The notes under the pieces: generated by a model
What the model was told of the DNA's origin: nothing
Seen by the model: the letters and a program-made list of their open reading frames with translations, nothing else
Database searches by the model: none
Shown here: piece after piece, positions 56,275-64,000 of the stretch
Layout of the letters: each line of letters starts with the position of its first letter
Numbering within the stretch: position 1 is the first letter of the stretch
Assembly: GCA_965230925.1 (NCBI GenBank)
Contig: OZ246403.1
Span: 394,455 to 458,454, forward strand
Direction: 5' to 3'
Source of the DNA: an uncultured Candidatus Saccharibacteria bacterium
GTDB lineage: Bacteria; Patescibacteriota; Minisyncoccia; Phycocordibacterales; JACOZG01
Length of the DNA stretch: 64,000 nucleotides
Made by a program: the position numbers and the translations under genes

Positions 56275-57119
56275 ACCCCTAAAGTAATTTTTACCTTATC
56301 ACCCTCGGCAAAGGTCAGATTATGTCCCGCGAAAAAGAAATTTAGCGTTCCTAGGGCGGTGATAAGTTGTCGGAGATGACTCGATTGCATATTGGCGGCA
56401 CCCATAGCGAGAGTGGGCTCAGTTTCAAGCTCGGCCATGAGGGTGCTGTCGGACAGGAGGCGGCTTAAGCTGTTTACCAGGTTTAATTGAATCGCCCCGG
56501 CTGTTTCTGGGGTGGGTAAAGCGCGGAGTTGGTTAATGGCTGTCTGATAGCGCGTAATAGCCGGGTTAATTTCTTCTACTAAGTCGGTATTTCCTGTTTC
56601 TACCGCTTCTAGGGTAAGTGCGGCTTCATAGCCAATCCCTGGTTCAATGAAGGCCGACATAATCTTAGCCATGTTTTTGCCATATTCCATTAGGAAAGCT
56701 TCGCTGTTTTCCCCTACCAAGTTAAGATCCTCCAGGCTGTATCTTCTGGCTATCCCCGAGGTTAAGTCATCAATAGGCAGAAGCGGTGTATCCTTCTTGG
56801 TAGCCGCGTTTACCACAATGCGTAAGGCGTGATCTTCCGGATTAATCACCGGCTCTTGATTATCTGGTAACCGATCGCCATCAGAGTCGGCGTTTAGAGG
56901 GTCAGTCCCCTTTAGGGTTTCTTGCCAATCGGGAATTTTGTCTCCGTCTTGGTCGAGCACCTTCTTCTTGGTAGGCAGAGAGGTTGCGATATTGCTAACT
57001 GCGGCGCGAAGGCCAACTTCTTCTCCGGGCGCCGGTAGCGTCCGTCCGCCCAAGTACCACAGTCCACCCAAACTGCCACCAACCAGAATTACTAAGACAA
57101 TCAATAATTTTTTAAACAC
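56271..57119 (-). CDS. Secreted protein with thrombospondin-type-3-like Ca-binding repeats; first gene of the operon
   Basis: Signal/TM LLIVLVILVGGSLGGLWYL; DQDGDKIPDWQE and DSDGDRLPDNQE DxDxDG-type motifs. Confidence 0.45.
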   Translation of the reverse strand: MFKKLLIVLVILVGGSLGGLWYLGGRTLPAPGEEVGLRAAVSNIATSLPTKKKVLDQDGDKIPDWQETLKGTDPLNADSDGDRLPDNQEPVINPEDHALRIVVNAATKKDTPLLPIDDLTSGIARRYSLEDLNLVGENSEAFLMEYGKNMAKIMSAFIEPGIGYEAALTLEAVETGNTDLVEEINPAITRYQTAINQLRALPTPETAGAIQLNLVNSLSRLLSDSTLMAELETEPTLAMGAANMQSSHLRQLITALGTLNFFFAGHNLTFAEGDKVKITLGV

Positions 57120-57276
57120 AGAAGTAGCTAAATTATATTACATTTGTCGAGGCCAAGACAGGCAAAACTGTTGAATACTTGGCGAAATCAGCTCAAACTT
57201 GACAAATATAACCAATAATGCTAAGTTATTGGCAGTTTACGAATTCAGACAGACCTCTTTTTAAGGGAGAAACGAT

Positions 57277-57615
57277 ATGAAACTTGTTCAGGTTCTTTTC
57301 ATTTCGGTGATGGTGGCAACTACGGCTGGTTGTAATTCAGCCAAGTTCAAGCGAACAGAAACCCAGATGTTGGCAGATGGTGGTAAGATCGAGACTGTCT
57401 CTGAGGGGTGGGCAGATTCAAAAGACATTCTGTCCTCGCGCCAAGAAAGTTTGGATGTAACTCCAAACGGGGTAAAGTGGAGAAAGAGTTCCACCGCGGC
57501 CCAATCACCGAGCCTTGTTCTTTGCCTTCGTTCTGGTTGCGGGCTGCCTCAGTGGTCCCACTCAAGAAGCAAATGGGAAAGACACCAGAGTCACGTGTAC
57601 AGGTACGGTTATTGA
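57277..57615 (+). CDS. Candidate small lipoprotein
   Basis: MKLVQVLFISVMVATTAGCNS lipobox; candidate TTGACA-17-TAAGTT promoter at 57199-57227. It overlaps an alternative-frame ORF (57515..57835) that also has a lipobox-like start. Confidence 0.35.
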   Translation: MKLVQVLFISVMVATTAGCNSAKFKRTETQMLADGGKIETVSEGWADSKDILSSRQESLDVTPNGVKWRKSSTAAQSPSLVLCLRSGCGLPQWSHSRSKWERHQSHVYRYGY

Positions 57616-57686
57616 AGGTTTCTTGTGTCGCGGCAACAAGTGGGTCGTTCTGATTAAGTTCAGAGCGGCCCTTTCCTTTTCTAAAT

Positions 57687-58103
57687 TTAAAATTTTGCCT
57701 TGGCAGTTTCTCCTACTTTCAAATTATTTTTGTCCGAGAAACCGGCGTTTACTTCGAGGACATATTTTATTGGCGAGGGTGGATAGAAAAGTTTTGGATA
57801 ACTTTCTGGGGCGAGATTTTTTTCGATCCCAATAATTTTCCAGTTTTCGTCGAGCCAGATAATGTCGATTGAGAAACGCATGTCTTTCATCCAGAAGCCG
57901 GGCGTGGTGGGCGATGGGAAAATAAACAAGAGACCGGTGTCTTGTGGCAATGAAGCGCGATCAGAAAGTCCCTGTGTTCGTTCGGTGTTGGTGTCAGCGA
58001 TTTCTATTTGAATAATTTTCCCGCCGATTTCTAGTTGTGGTGTGTGAGAAACAGGGGCAATGAGACCGAGCGCAATAAGAATACTTAAAAAGAATTGCTT
58101 CAT
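57687..58103 (-). CDS. DUF192 (COG1430) secreted protein
   Basis: Signal peptide; ...GLLFIF.......FWMKDM.F.IDIIWLD motif typical of DUF192. Confidence 0.6.
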   Translation of the reverse strand: MKQFFLSILIALGLIAPVSHTPQLEIGGKIIQIEIADTNTERTQGLSDRASLPQDTGLLFIFPSPTTPGFWMKDMRFSIDIIWLDENWKIIGIEKNLAPESYPKLFYPPSPIKYVLEVNAGFSDKNNLKVGETAKAKF

Positions 58104-58870
58104 AATTTTTTAAATAAACTTAACCAATCTTCTAATTTTAAATCTTCAGCGCGCGCTTTGGGGTTTTCTAATTTCATTCCCAAATTGTTTTGCAAAAGTT
58201 TACGTTTGTGGGCAAAACCTTTTTTCAAGAAAGCGAAAAATTTTTCCTCATCAATTTCTTCAAGTTTTTCTCGACTAATATTTTCGATCAAAAGAATTGC
58301 CGAGTCCACGGCTGGTGCGGGTGAGAAACTCCCCGCTTTGACTGTGCCCATCCGCCGGTTGGCGGATGGCTCGCCAAAAACTTTCACACTGAGCGAGAGT
58401 AAGCTTTCCTTTCCATTACGTGCCACGATTCGTTCCACAACTTCTTTTTGGAGCAAGAGAACCATCAAACTTGGTTGAGGAACGCGACCGAGCCAGAGGC
58501 GCAAGAATTCGCCGGTGAGGTAATACGGCAGGTTCGCAATCACTTTGTACTCATGATTTTTTAGTCCCAACACTTCCGGTGAAACGGTGAGAATGTCACC
58601 CGTCACAATTTTTAATTTTCCATTTTCAATTTCTGTTTTAAATTTTTCTGTGAGCAGTGACGCGAGTGTTTCATCTTTCTCCACCGCAATCACTTTTCCT
58701 GCTTGGGCGAGCAAGAGCTCGGTTAAGTTGCCGGTGCCCGGACCAACTTCGAGCGCGGTGTCTGTTGCCGAAAGTTTGCCCGCCGCGGCAATTTTCTCGA
58801 GCGCCCCGCGATTGGTGAGCCAGTGTTGACCTAAAGATTTTTTTGCGCGGATCATCTTGTGAAACATCAA
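58100..58870 (-). CDS. rsmA: 16S rRNA (adenine1518/1519-N6)-dimethyltransferase
   Basis: KKSLGQHWL, SAM motif VLEVGPGTGNLT, ANLPYY. Confidence 0.9.
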   Translation of the reverse strand: MMFHKMIRAKKSLGQHWLTNRGALEKIAAAGKLSATDTALEVGPGTGNLTELLLAQAGKVIAVEKDETLASLLTEKFKTEIENGKLKIVTGDILTVSPEVLGLKNHEYKVIANLPYYLTGEFLRLWLGRVPQPSLMVLLLQKEVVERIVARNGKESLLSLSVKVFGEPSANRRMGTVKAGSFSPAPAVDSAILLIENISREKLEEIDEEKFFAFLKKGFAHKRKLLQNNLGMKLENPKARAEDLKLEDWLSLFKKL

Positions 58871-60807
58871 AACATAATCACACTGTCGCGCAGTGGTGTG
58901 GGAACGGCGGCAGAGAGGAGTTCTGGCTCAATATCGAAGATAAATTCTGACGGTAAATTGACTTGCCGCCCGCCGAAGATCATTCGAGTTTCGGCATAAG
59001 ATAAATATAATTTTTCCTTCGCGCGGGTCACAGCCACGTAGAAGAGTCGTCGCTCTTCTTCCTCGTCGCGCGTTTCATCACTCGCGCCCATGAAGACATG
59101 CGGGAAAAGATTTTGCTCGAGACCGGTGATAAACACATGAGCAAATTCGAGACCTTTCGCGGCGTGCACCGTCATTAATTTCACTCCCGGTTTTTTCTCA
59201 TTGAGCGTATCTTGGTCGGAGACAAGCGCCGCCTCATCGAGCAGGGCTTGCACGCCAGCCGTGCCAACTAAGTCATCATACTTTCGCGCAAGCGTCACCA
59301 GTTCGCGCAAATTTTCCAACCGCTCTTTGTCGTCATCGGCGCCTTCTTGCAGTAACTTTTGCCAACCACTTTGCTCAAGCACAAATTTTACTGTTTCACT
59401 GACGCGCGTAGTCTCGGCCACTTGTTTAATATTGTCGAGCAAGGTGAGAAAGGTTTGCCACTTTACTTTTGTTCCTGCGGGCAAACTCTCAGCTTGGCCA
59501 GAAAAAATTTTGGCGAGCGTTACTTTGCCAATCCCGCGCGGTGGAATATTGATCACGCGCTTGAGGCTGAAGTGATCATCGCGATTGAGCGCAGCCTTGA
59601 GAAAAGCAATGGCATCTTTAATTTCTTCTCGCTCGAAGAAGCGCGTGCCGAGAACTTGGTAAGGCACACCTGCGCGCAATAAACCTTCTTCCAAGGCGCG
59701 CGACTGGAAGTTAGCGCGGTAGAGAATCGCGATATCATCGGGTTGCACTTTTCTCGCGAGTAAGTCAGAAATTTTTCCGGCGACTTGGCCAGCCTCGTCA
59801 TTCTCGTCGAAGCCGGCGAGGAGATCAATTTTCTCCCCCGCCCCATTTTTGGTAAAGAGATTTTTTTCCTTACGTTTTACATTTTTCTGAATAATCGCAT
59901 TTGCCGCGGCCAAGATATTTTGCGTTGAGCGATAATTTTCTTCGAGCGTCACCACCCGCGCGTCCGGATAATCTTCTTCGAAGCGCAATAAATTTTCGAA
60001 GTCCGCTCCGCGCCAGCTGTAGATTGATTGGTCCACGTCACCCACCACGCAAACATTGCGATGGGCGGCGGCCAAGAGTCTCGCGAGGTCGTATTGAATG
60101 GTGTTGGTGTCCTGATATTCATCGATATGAATATAGCGAAAGCGTTTCTGGTAAGCGCTTAGAATTTCTGGTCGATCACGGAAAAGGCGCACTGTTTCGG
60201 CGAGGAGATCGTCGAAGTCGAGGGCGCCTGCTTCCCGCAAACCCTCGCTATATTTTTGCCACACTTGCCCAACCGTTTTTTGGAAAAAGGAGTTATTGGT
60301 TGAGCTTTCGAGGAAGCTAGAGCGGTTCTGTCCGGCACTTTTAGCCCGGGAAATAATATTTAAGACTTTTCTCGGCTCTACGGTTTTAGGGTCAAGACCA
60401 AGACTTTTGAGCGCTTCTTTAATCGTTTTAATCGAATCGTCGCGGTCAAAGATAGAGAAATTTTTCTTCAAACCAATCTTTTCGGCTTCATTGCGCAAGA
60501 TCATCACGCCGAAGGAGTGGAAGGTGCTGGCGAAGGGTAAGGTGTTTGAGCGTCCACCGAAGTCGTCAGGATAGTTATTAGCCAACAGTTTTTGTAAGCG
60601 CTCACGTAGTTCCCCCGCCGCCTTATTGGTAAAGGTAATAGCCAGAATCGAGCTTGGCTCGGCGCCTTGGCGGATAAGATGGAGAATGCGATGAGTAATT
60701 GTTTTTGTTTTCCCCGCTCCGGCTCCAGCCACAATGAGGAGCGGTCCTTCCTTATGGAGCACCGCCTCACGTTGCGCTTGGTTTAATTCATTCAAATATG
60801 CGGTCAC
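58867..60807 (-). CDS. uvrD: UvrD/PcrA-family SF1 DNA helicase (compact, 646 aa)
   Basis: LNELNQAQREAV, Walker A AGAGAGKTKTITHRI, motifs II (DEYQDTN), III, IV (YRSTQNI), V/VI (TVHAAKGLEF, VAVTRAK). Confidence 0.85.
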   Translation of the reverse strand: MTAYLNELNQAQREAVLHKEGPLLIVAGAGAGKTKTITHRILHLIRQGAEPSSILAITFTNKAAGELRERLQKLLANNYPDDFGGRSNTLPFASTFHSFGVMILRNEAEKIGLKKNFSIFDRDDSIKTIKEALKSLGLDPKTVEPRKVLNIISRAKSAGQNRSSFLESSTNNSFFQKTVGQVWQKYSEGLREAGALDFDDLLAETVRLFRDRPEILSAYQKRFRYIHIDEYQDTNTIQYDLARLLAAAHRNVCVVGDVDQSIYSWRGADFENLLRFEEDYPDARVVTLEENYRSTQNILAAANAIIQKNVKRKEKNLFTKNGAGEKIDLLAGFDENDEAGQVAGKISDLLARKVQPDDIAILYRANFQSRALEEGLLRAGVPYQVLGTRFFEREEIKDAIAFLKAALNRDDHFSLKRVINIPPRGIGKVTLAKIFSGQAESLPAGTKVKWQTFLTLLDNIKQVAETTRVSETVKFVLEQSGWQKLLQEGADDDKERLENLRELVTLARKYDDLVGTAGVQALLDEAALVSDQDTLNEKKPGVKLMTVHAAKGLEFAHVFITGLEQNLFPHVFMGASDETRDEEEERRLFYVAVTRAKEKLYLSYAETRMIFGGRQVNLPSEFIFDIEPELLSAAVPTPLRDSVIMF

Positions 60808-60888
60808 GAGCTCATTATAGTGCCTTCGGGGTTATCCACAACCGGGGATATTTAGGTTTGACCGCCCACCTCACCCACCCTATAATTA

Positions 60889-61956
60889 ATGTCATCCTGC
60901 TTGACGGAACTACCGAGGTATTCCCGAACCATCAGAATTTCAAGAAACAGGCTTATTTTATCTTTTCTAAAATCTAAACGGCGGGTTTTTTTTCTCGCTC
61001 TCATCCTCTCTTTTGGTCTGGTGGCTCCCGCCCAGGCTGGTTTTTTCTCGTTTTTTAAGGGAGTTTTTACAGAAAGCCAGGACTATTTAGCCGTAGTTAG
61101 AGGAGAAAATTCTCAAACGATTGATCTTCTTCAGGCCCCTTTGAGCTTCAATACCATTCCCGCGCGCGGTGGCGGCGACACTACTATTGTTGAAGAAAGT
61201 GCTTTATTGCCGGAATCAGGCCCACTTGTGGGAAGCGATCGCGATCTACCTTTGGGCGGTGATCATATTAGTACCTATATTGTTCGTGAGGGCGATTCCC
61301 TCTCGGCTATTGCTGATATGTTTGGCGTTTCGGTCAACACTATTCGCTGGGCTAATGATCTTGGGGGCAAAGGCCCAATTAAAAAAGATCAAATTCTTGT
61401 GATTTTACCCGTTTCTGGAGTAAAACATGTGGTGAAAAAGGGTGACACGGTGGCGAGTATCGCTAAGAAATACAAGGCCGACGAAGCAGAAATCATTGAT
61501 TTTAATGGACTTGATGATGATCATCCGTTGATTTTGGGTGAAGAGGTGATTGTTCCCGATGGAGAGATTGTAGAGATGACGCCCTCAAAGACGGCTACAA
61601 ATGCTGTTGGTGCTGGTTATTACGTTCGACCAATCAAAGGAGGTAAGAAAACCCAAGGTTTACACGGCTACAATGGCGTTGACTTGGCTACTTATGTCGG
61701 TGCGCCGGTGTATGCCTCGGCGGCTGGCGAAGTGGTAGTAAGCAAATCAAGTGGCTGGAACGGTGGCTACGGCAACTATGTTGTTATTAAGCATCCCAAT
61801 AAGACCCAAACGCTCTATGCTCACTTGAGCAAAAACTTAGTAAAAGTTGGCGCTAAAGTAACTCAAGGTCAAGTCATTGGCGAAAATGGTTCTACAGGTA
61901 AGTCTACCGGTCCCCATCTCCACTTCGAAGTTCGTGGCGCCAAGAATCCTTTCTAA
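60889..61956 (+). CDS. LysM + M23 peptidase (peptidoglycan DD-endopeptidase)
   Basis: N-terminal TM, two LysM repeats (YIVREGDSLSAIA, HVVKKGDTVASIA), M23 motifs HxxxD (HGYNGVD) and HLHFEVR. Confidence 0.85.
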   Translation: MSSCLTELPRYSRTIRISRNRLILSFLKSKRRVFFLALILSFGLVAPAQAGFFSFFKGVFTESQDYLAVVRGENSQTIDLLQAPLSFNTIPARGGGDTTIVEESALLPESGPLVGSDRDLPLGGDHISTYIVREGDSLSAIADMFGVSVNTIRWANDLGGKGPIKKDQILVILPVSGVKHVVKKGDTVASIAKKYKADEAEIIDFNGLDDDHPLILGEEVIVPDGEIVEMTPSKTATNAVGAGYYVRPIKGGKKTQGLHGYNGVDLATYVGAPVYASAAGEVVVSKSSGWNGGYGNYVVIKHPNKTQTLYAHLSKNLVKVGAKVTQGQVIGENGSTGKSTGPHLHFEVRGAKNPF

Positions 61957-63515
61957 ATAACACTTTTCGGGCGATATTGAATCGCTTCTAGTAAGTGCGA
62001 ATCTCTAATTTCATCTTCGTCAGCGAGATCGGCGATGGTACGGGCAATTTTTATCAAGCGATGGTAGACGCGCGCGGAGAGGCCAAGGCGGGTGGCGGCA
62101 TCATTGAGTATTTTCGTTTCTTTTTCGCCTAAAGGGGCGTATTTTTTTAAATCTTTGGCCGACATTTCATTGTTTGTTTTAATTTTCGTTTCACTATCGG
62201 CAAAGCGGGCCAATTGACGCTCTCGGGCTCGAGTTACACGCTCGCGAATGCGAGGTGATTCTGCTGTTGTCCCAGTATGAGCCGATAGTTTGGTGGGATC
62301 CACGGGAGCGGCGGTGAGCCAGAGGTCGATTCGATCCACGATTGGCCCCGAGAGTTTGCGTTCATAGCGGGCAATGCTGCTCGGATTGCAAACACACTCC
62401 TTCCCTCTCGTACCTTTGTTTCCGCATGGACAGGGATTCATAGCAGCCACAAGAATAAAATTTGCCGGAAAGGTCGAGGTCCCCTTCGCTCGAGCTACCC
62501 GAATGATGCGATCCTCAAGCGGTTGGCGCAGGGCTTCGATCACCCGTTTATCAAATTCCGGAAATTCGTCGAGGAAGAGGACGCCGCGATGGGCCAAGGT
62601 AATTTCACCCGGTTTTGGTTGACCGCCACCACCCACGAGCGATACATATGAGGCGGTGTGGTGAGGCGAGCGGAAGGGTGGAGTGGTCATTAAGTCAGTG
62701 GCCAGTTCCCCTGCCGCTGAGTGAATGCCGGTAATTTCAAGAATTTCGTCGAAGTCGAGTCGGGGTAAAATGCTTGCAAAAGCTTTGGCAAGCATGGTTT
62801 TTCCCGTCCCGGGCGGGCCAGAGAGGGCGATGTTGTGGCGACCAGCGGCGGCAATTTCGAGCCCGCGCTTGGCTGTTTCTTGACCTTTCACATCAGCAAA
62901 GTCGAGGAAAAAGGCTGATTCTTCATATTCAATTGGTGTGGGTGGTGCCGCGGGAATTTTCGCGATCACTGATTCCCCCTCCTCCCCTTCTCCTAATCGT
63001 TTTGGACTCAAATGATTAGCAATTTCACGCAAATTCTGGGCACCATAGACGGTAATCCCCTCAATAAGCGTGGCTTCTTTGGCGTTGCCAAGAGGTAAAT
63101 AAATTTCTTCGAAGCCAGCAACTTTCAACTTGCGTGTTAGTAAGAGTGCCCCACGAATTGGTCTCAAATCTCCATTAAGCGCCAGTTCTCCCAAGAAAGC
63201 CTTTTTTTCTGGTTTAAAAACGAGATCTTTAGTGGCGGCGAGATGGGCTAAAGCGATGGCCAGGTCAAAAACCGGCCCCTCTTTCTTGAGGTCGGCCGGT
63301 GCGAGCGAAACAATCACTTTCCGATTTCCTTTCTGGGGCGAAGGGAAACCAGAATTTTTAATCGCGGCGCTAATGCGCTCTTTTGCCTCTTCCACCGCCT
63401 TATCAGGCAAGCCCACAATGACAAATGAATGTAAACCTTTCGCCACGTCCACTTCGACCTCAATGATTTCTGGTTTTAGGCCGGAAAGCTGAGCCGAATA
63501 GACTTTGGCAAGCAT
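61953..63515 (-). CDS. comM: YifB/ComM-family Mg-chelatase-like AAA+ ATPase
   Basis: N-terminal Lon-protease-like domain; Walker A LSGPPGTGKTMLA; C-terminal ChlI-like domain. Confidence 0.85.
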   Translation of the reverse strand: MLAKVYSAQLSGLKPEIIEVEVDVAKGLHSFVIVGLPDKAVEEAKERISAAIKNSGFPSPQKGNRKVIVSLAPADLKKEGPVFDLAIALAHLAATKDLVFKPEKKAFLGELALNGDLRPIRGALLLTRKLKVAGFEEIYLPLGNAKEATLIEGITVYGAQNLREIANHLSPKRLGEGEEGESVIAKIPAAPPTPIEYEESAFFLDFADVKGQETAKRGLEIAAAGRHNIALSGPPGTGKTMLAKAFASILPRLDFDEILEITGIHSAAGELATDLMTTPPFRSPHHTASYVSLVGGGGQPKPGEITLAHRGVLFLDEFPEFDKRVIEALRQPLEDRIIRVARAKGTSTFPANFILVAAMNPCPCGNKGTRGKECVCNPSSIARYERKLSGPIVDRIDLWLTAAPVDPTKLSAHTGTTAESPRIRERVTRARERQLARFADSETKIKTNNEMSAKDLKKYAPLGEKETKILNDAATRLGLSARVYHRLIKIARTIADLADEDEIRDSHLLEAIQYRPKSVI

Positions 63516-63841
63516 TATTCTAAGTGTTCTTTACAGGTTTTGGCCGCAGGATTGGCTTCTAAGCGATCAGTCTCGATTTCTTTTCCGCAGATAGCGCAGG
63601 TTCCAAATTTTCCTTCTTCCAAGCGCCCGAGGGCGGCGGTTACTTCATTTAAACGGGTTTTTAAGGTTAAGGTTTCGGCGGCGCGATCTTCCTGGTCTTC
63701 CAGACGATCAGCGGTTTCATCACGGAACTCAGATTCACCGCCTTCCCCTTCCGGGTGAGGCGCTAATTCTTTGAGTTCGTTCAGTAAATCTTGTTTTTCT
63801 TTTTCAAGCGCTTGGTGTAACTGTTCAAAACGTTGTTCCAT
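63515..63841 (-). CDS. DksA/TraR-family C4-type zinc-finger protein
   Basis: Coiled-coil N-terminus and C-terminal CAICGKEI...CKEH zinc finger. Confidence 0.7.
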   Translation of the reverse strand: MEQRFEQLHQALEKEKQDLLNELKELAPHPEGEGGESEFRDETADRLEDQEDRAAETLTLKTRLNEVTAALGRLEEGKFGTCAICGKEIETDRLEANPAAKTCKEHLE

Positions 63842-64000
63842 GACCCTATTCTAGGCCTTCAGGTTTCTTTATGCAAATTACTAACGGGAGATATTCCGGA
63901 AGCGGGTAATGATTTCTCCTAGCGTGGCCTCGCTGTTGGTTATTGCAATTAATTCACGGTCAAGAAGGAAGGCGTACATTATCTTTTCAGTGCTACTAGC

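Noticed and set aside
1-64000. CRISPR arrays, rRNA genes, IS elements, integrases or transposases
   Set aside because: No regularly spaced direct repeats, no rRNA-like conserved stretches, and no DDE/tyrosine-recombinase-like ORFs were found on either strand. The tRNA-Val fragment repeat has no integrase next to it.
1-64000. Alternative genetic code (UGA recoding, as in some CPR lineages)
   Set aside because: The only stop codons checked directly (dnaA, rpmH, the 213-aa VirB4 N-terminal ORF, ORF 3784..4047) are TAA. No UGA codon was examined, so a UGA-recoding code is neither supported nor excluded. In favour of the standard code, long genes read cleanly and protein lengths match expectations.
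63890-64000. Partial ORF at the right edge of the window
   Set aside because: Too little sequence (about 100 nt) to establish strand, frame or product.

Overview
This 64 kb window is a gene-dense chromosomal segment from a small-genome bacterium that looks monoderm-like. The evidence for that is a short 248-aa YidC with no large periplasmic domain, pilMNO plus a PilB/GspE ATPase with no secretin, and several trimmed housekeeping proteins (PolI, YebC, UvrD). This is compatible with Patescibacteria/CPR, but I cannot prove it from sequence alone. The window contains the chromosomal replication origin region (dnaA, dnaN, rpmH, rnpA, yidC), seven tRNAs (Leu-GAG, Val-TAC, Arg-TCT, Ser-TGA, Arg-GCG, Lys-TTT, plus a 19-bp tRNA-Val fragment copy) and many repair/recombination genes (ruvX, ruvA, ruvB, ruvC, yebC, mutM, xth, polA, uvrD-like, comM-like, a Cas4-like PD-(D/E)XK nuclease). 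The standout accessory region is an ~13 kb, 11-gene, minus-strand, translationally coupled operon (43968-57119) next to oriC. It encodes a type IV secretion-like apparatus: a VirB4-family ATPase split into two ORFs, a VirB3-like 2-TM protein, a VirB2/TrbC-like pilin candidate, a VirB6/TrbL-like polytopic protein, a giant 1256-aa secreted protein, and a protein with thrombospondin-type-3-like repeats. No coupling protein, VirB11 or relaxase is in the window, which resembles ComB-type DNA-uptake systems or CPR-type host-interaction T4SS. Secondary oddities include a PEP-CTERM-tagged secreted protein beside a subtilisin, a 13-bp perfect inverted repeat over a ribosome-binding site, phased DnaA-box-like repeats, a tRNA-fragment duplication, and an in-frame-stop ORF pair. 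The ORF track uses alternative start codons, so several starts were re-set by eye. No CRISPR array, rRNA, integrase or transposase was seen.
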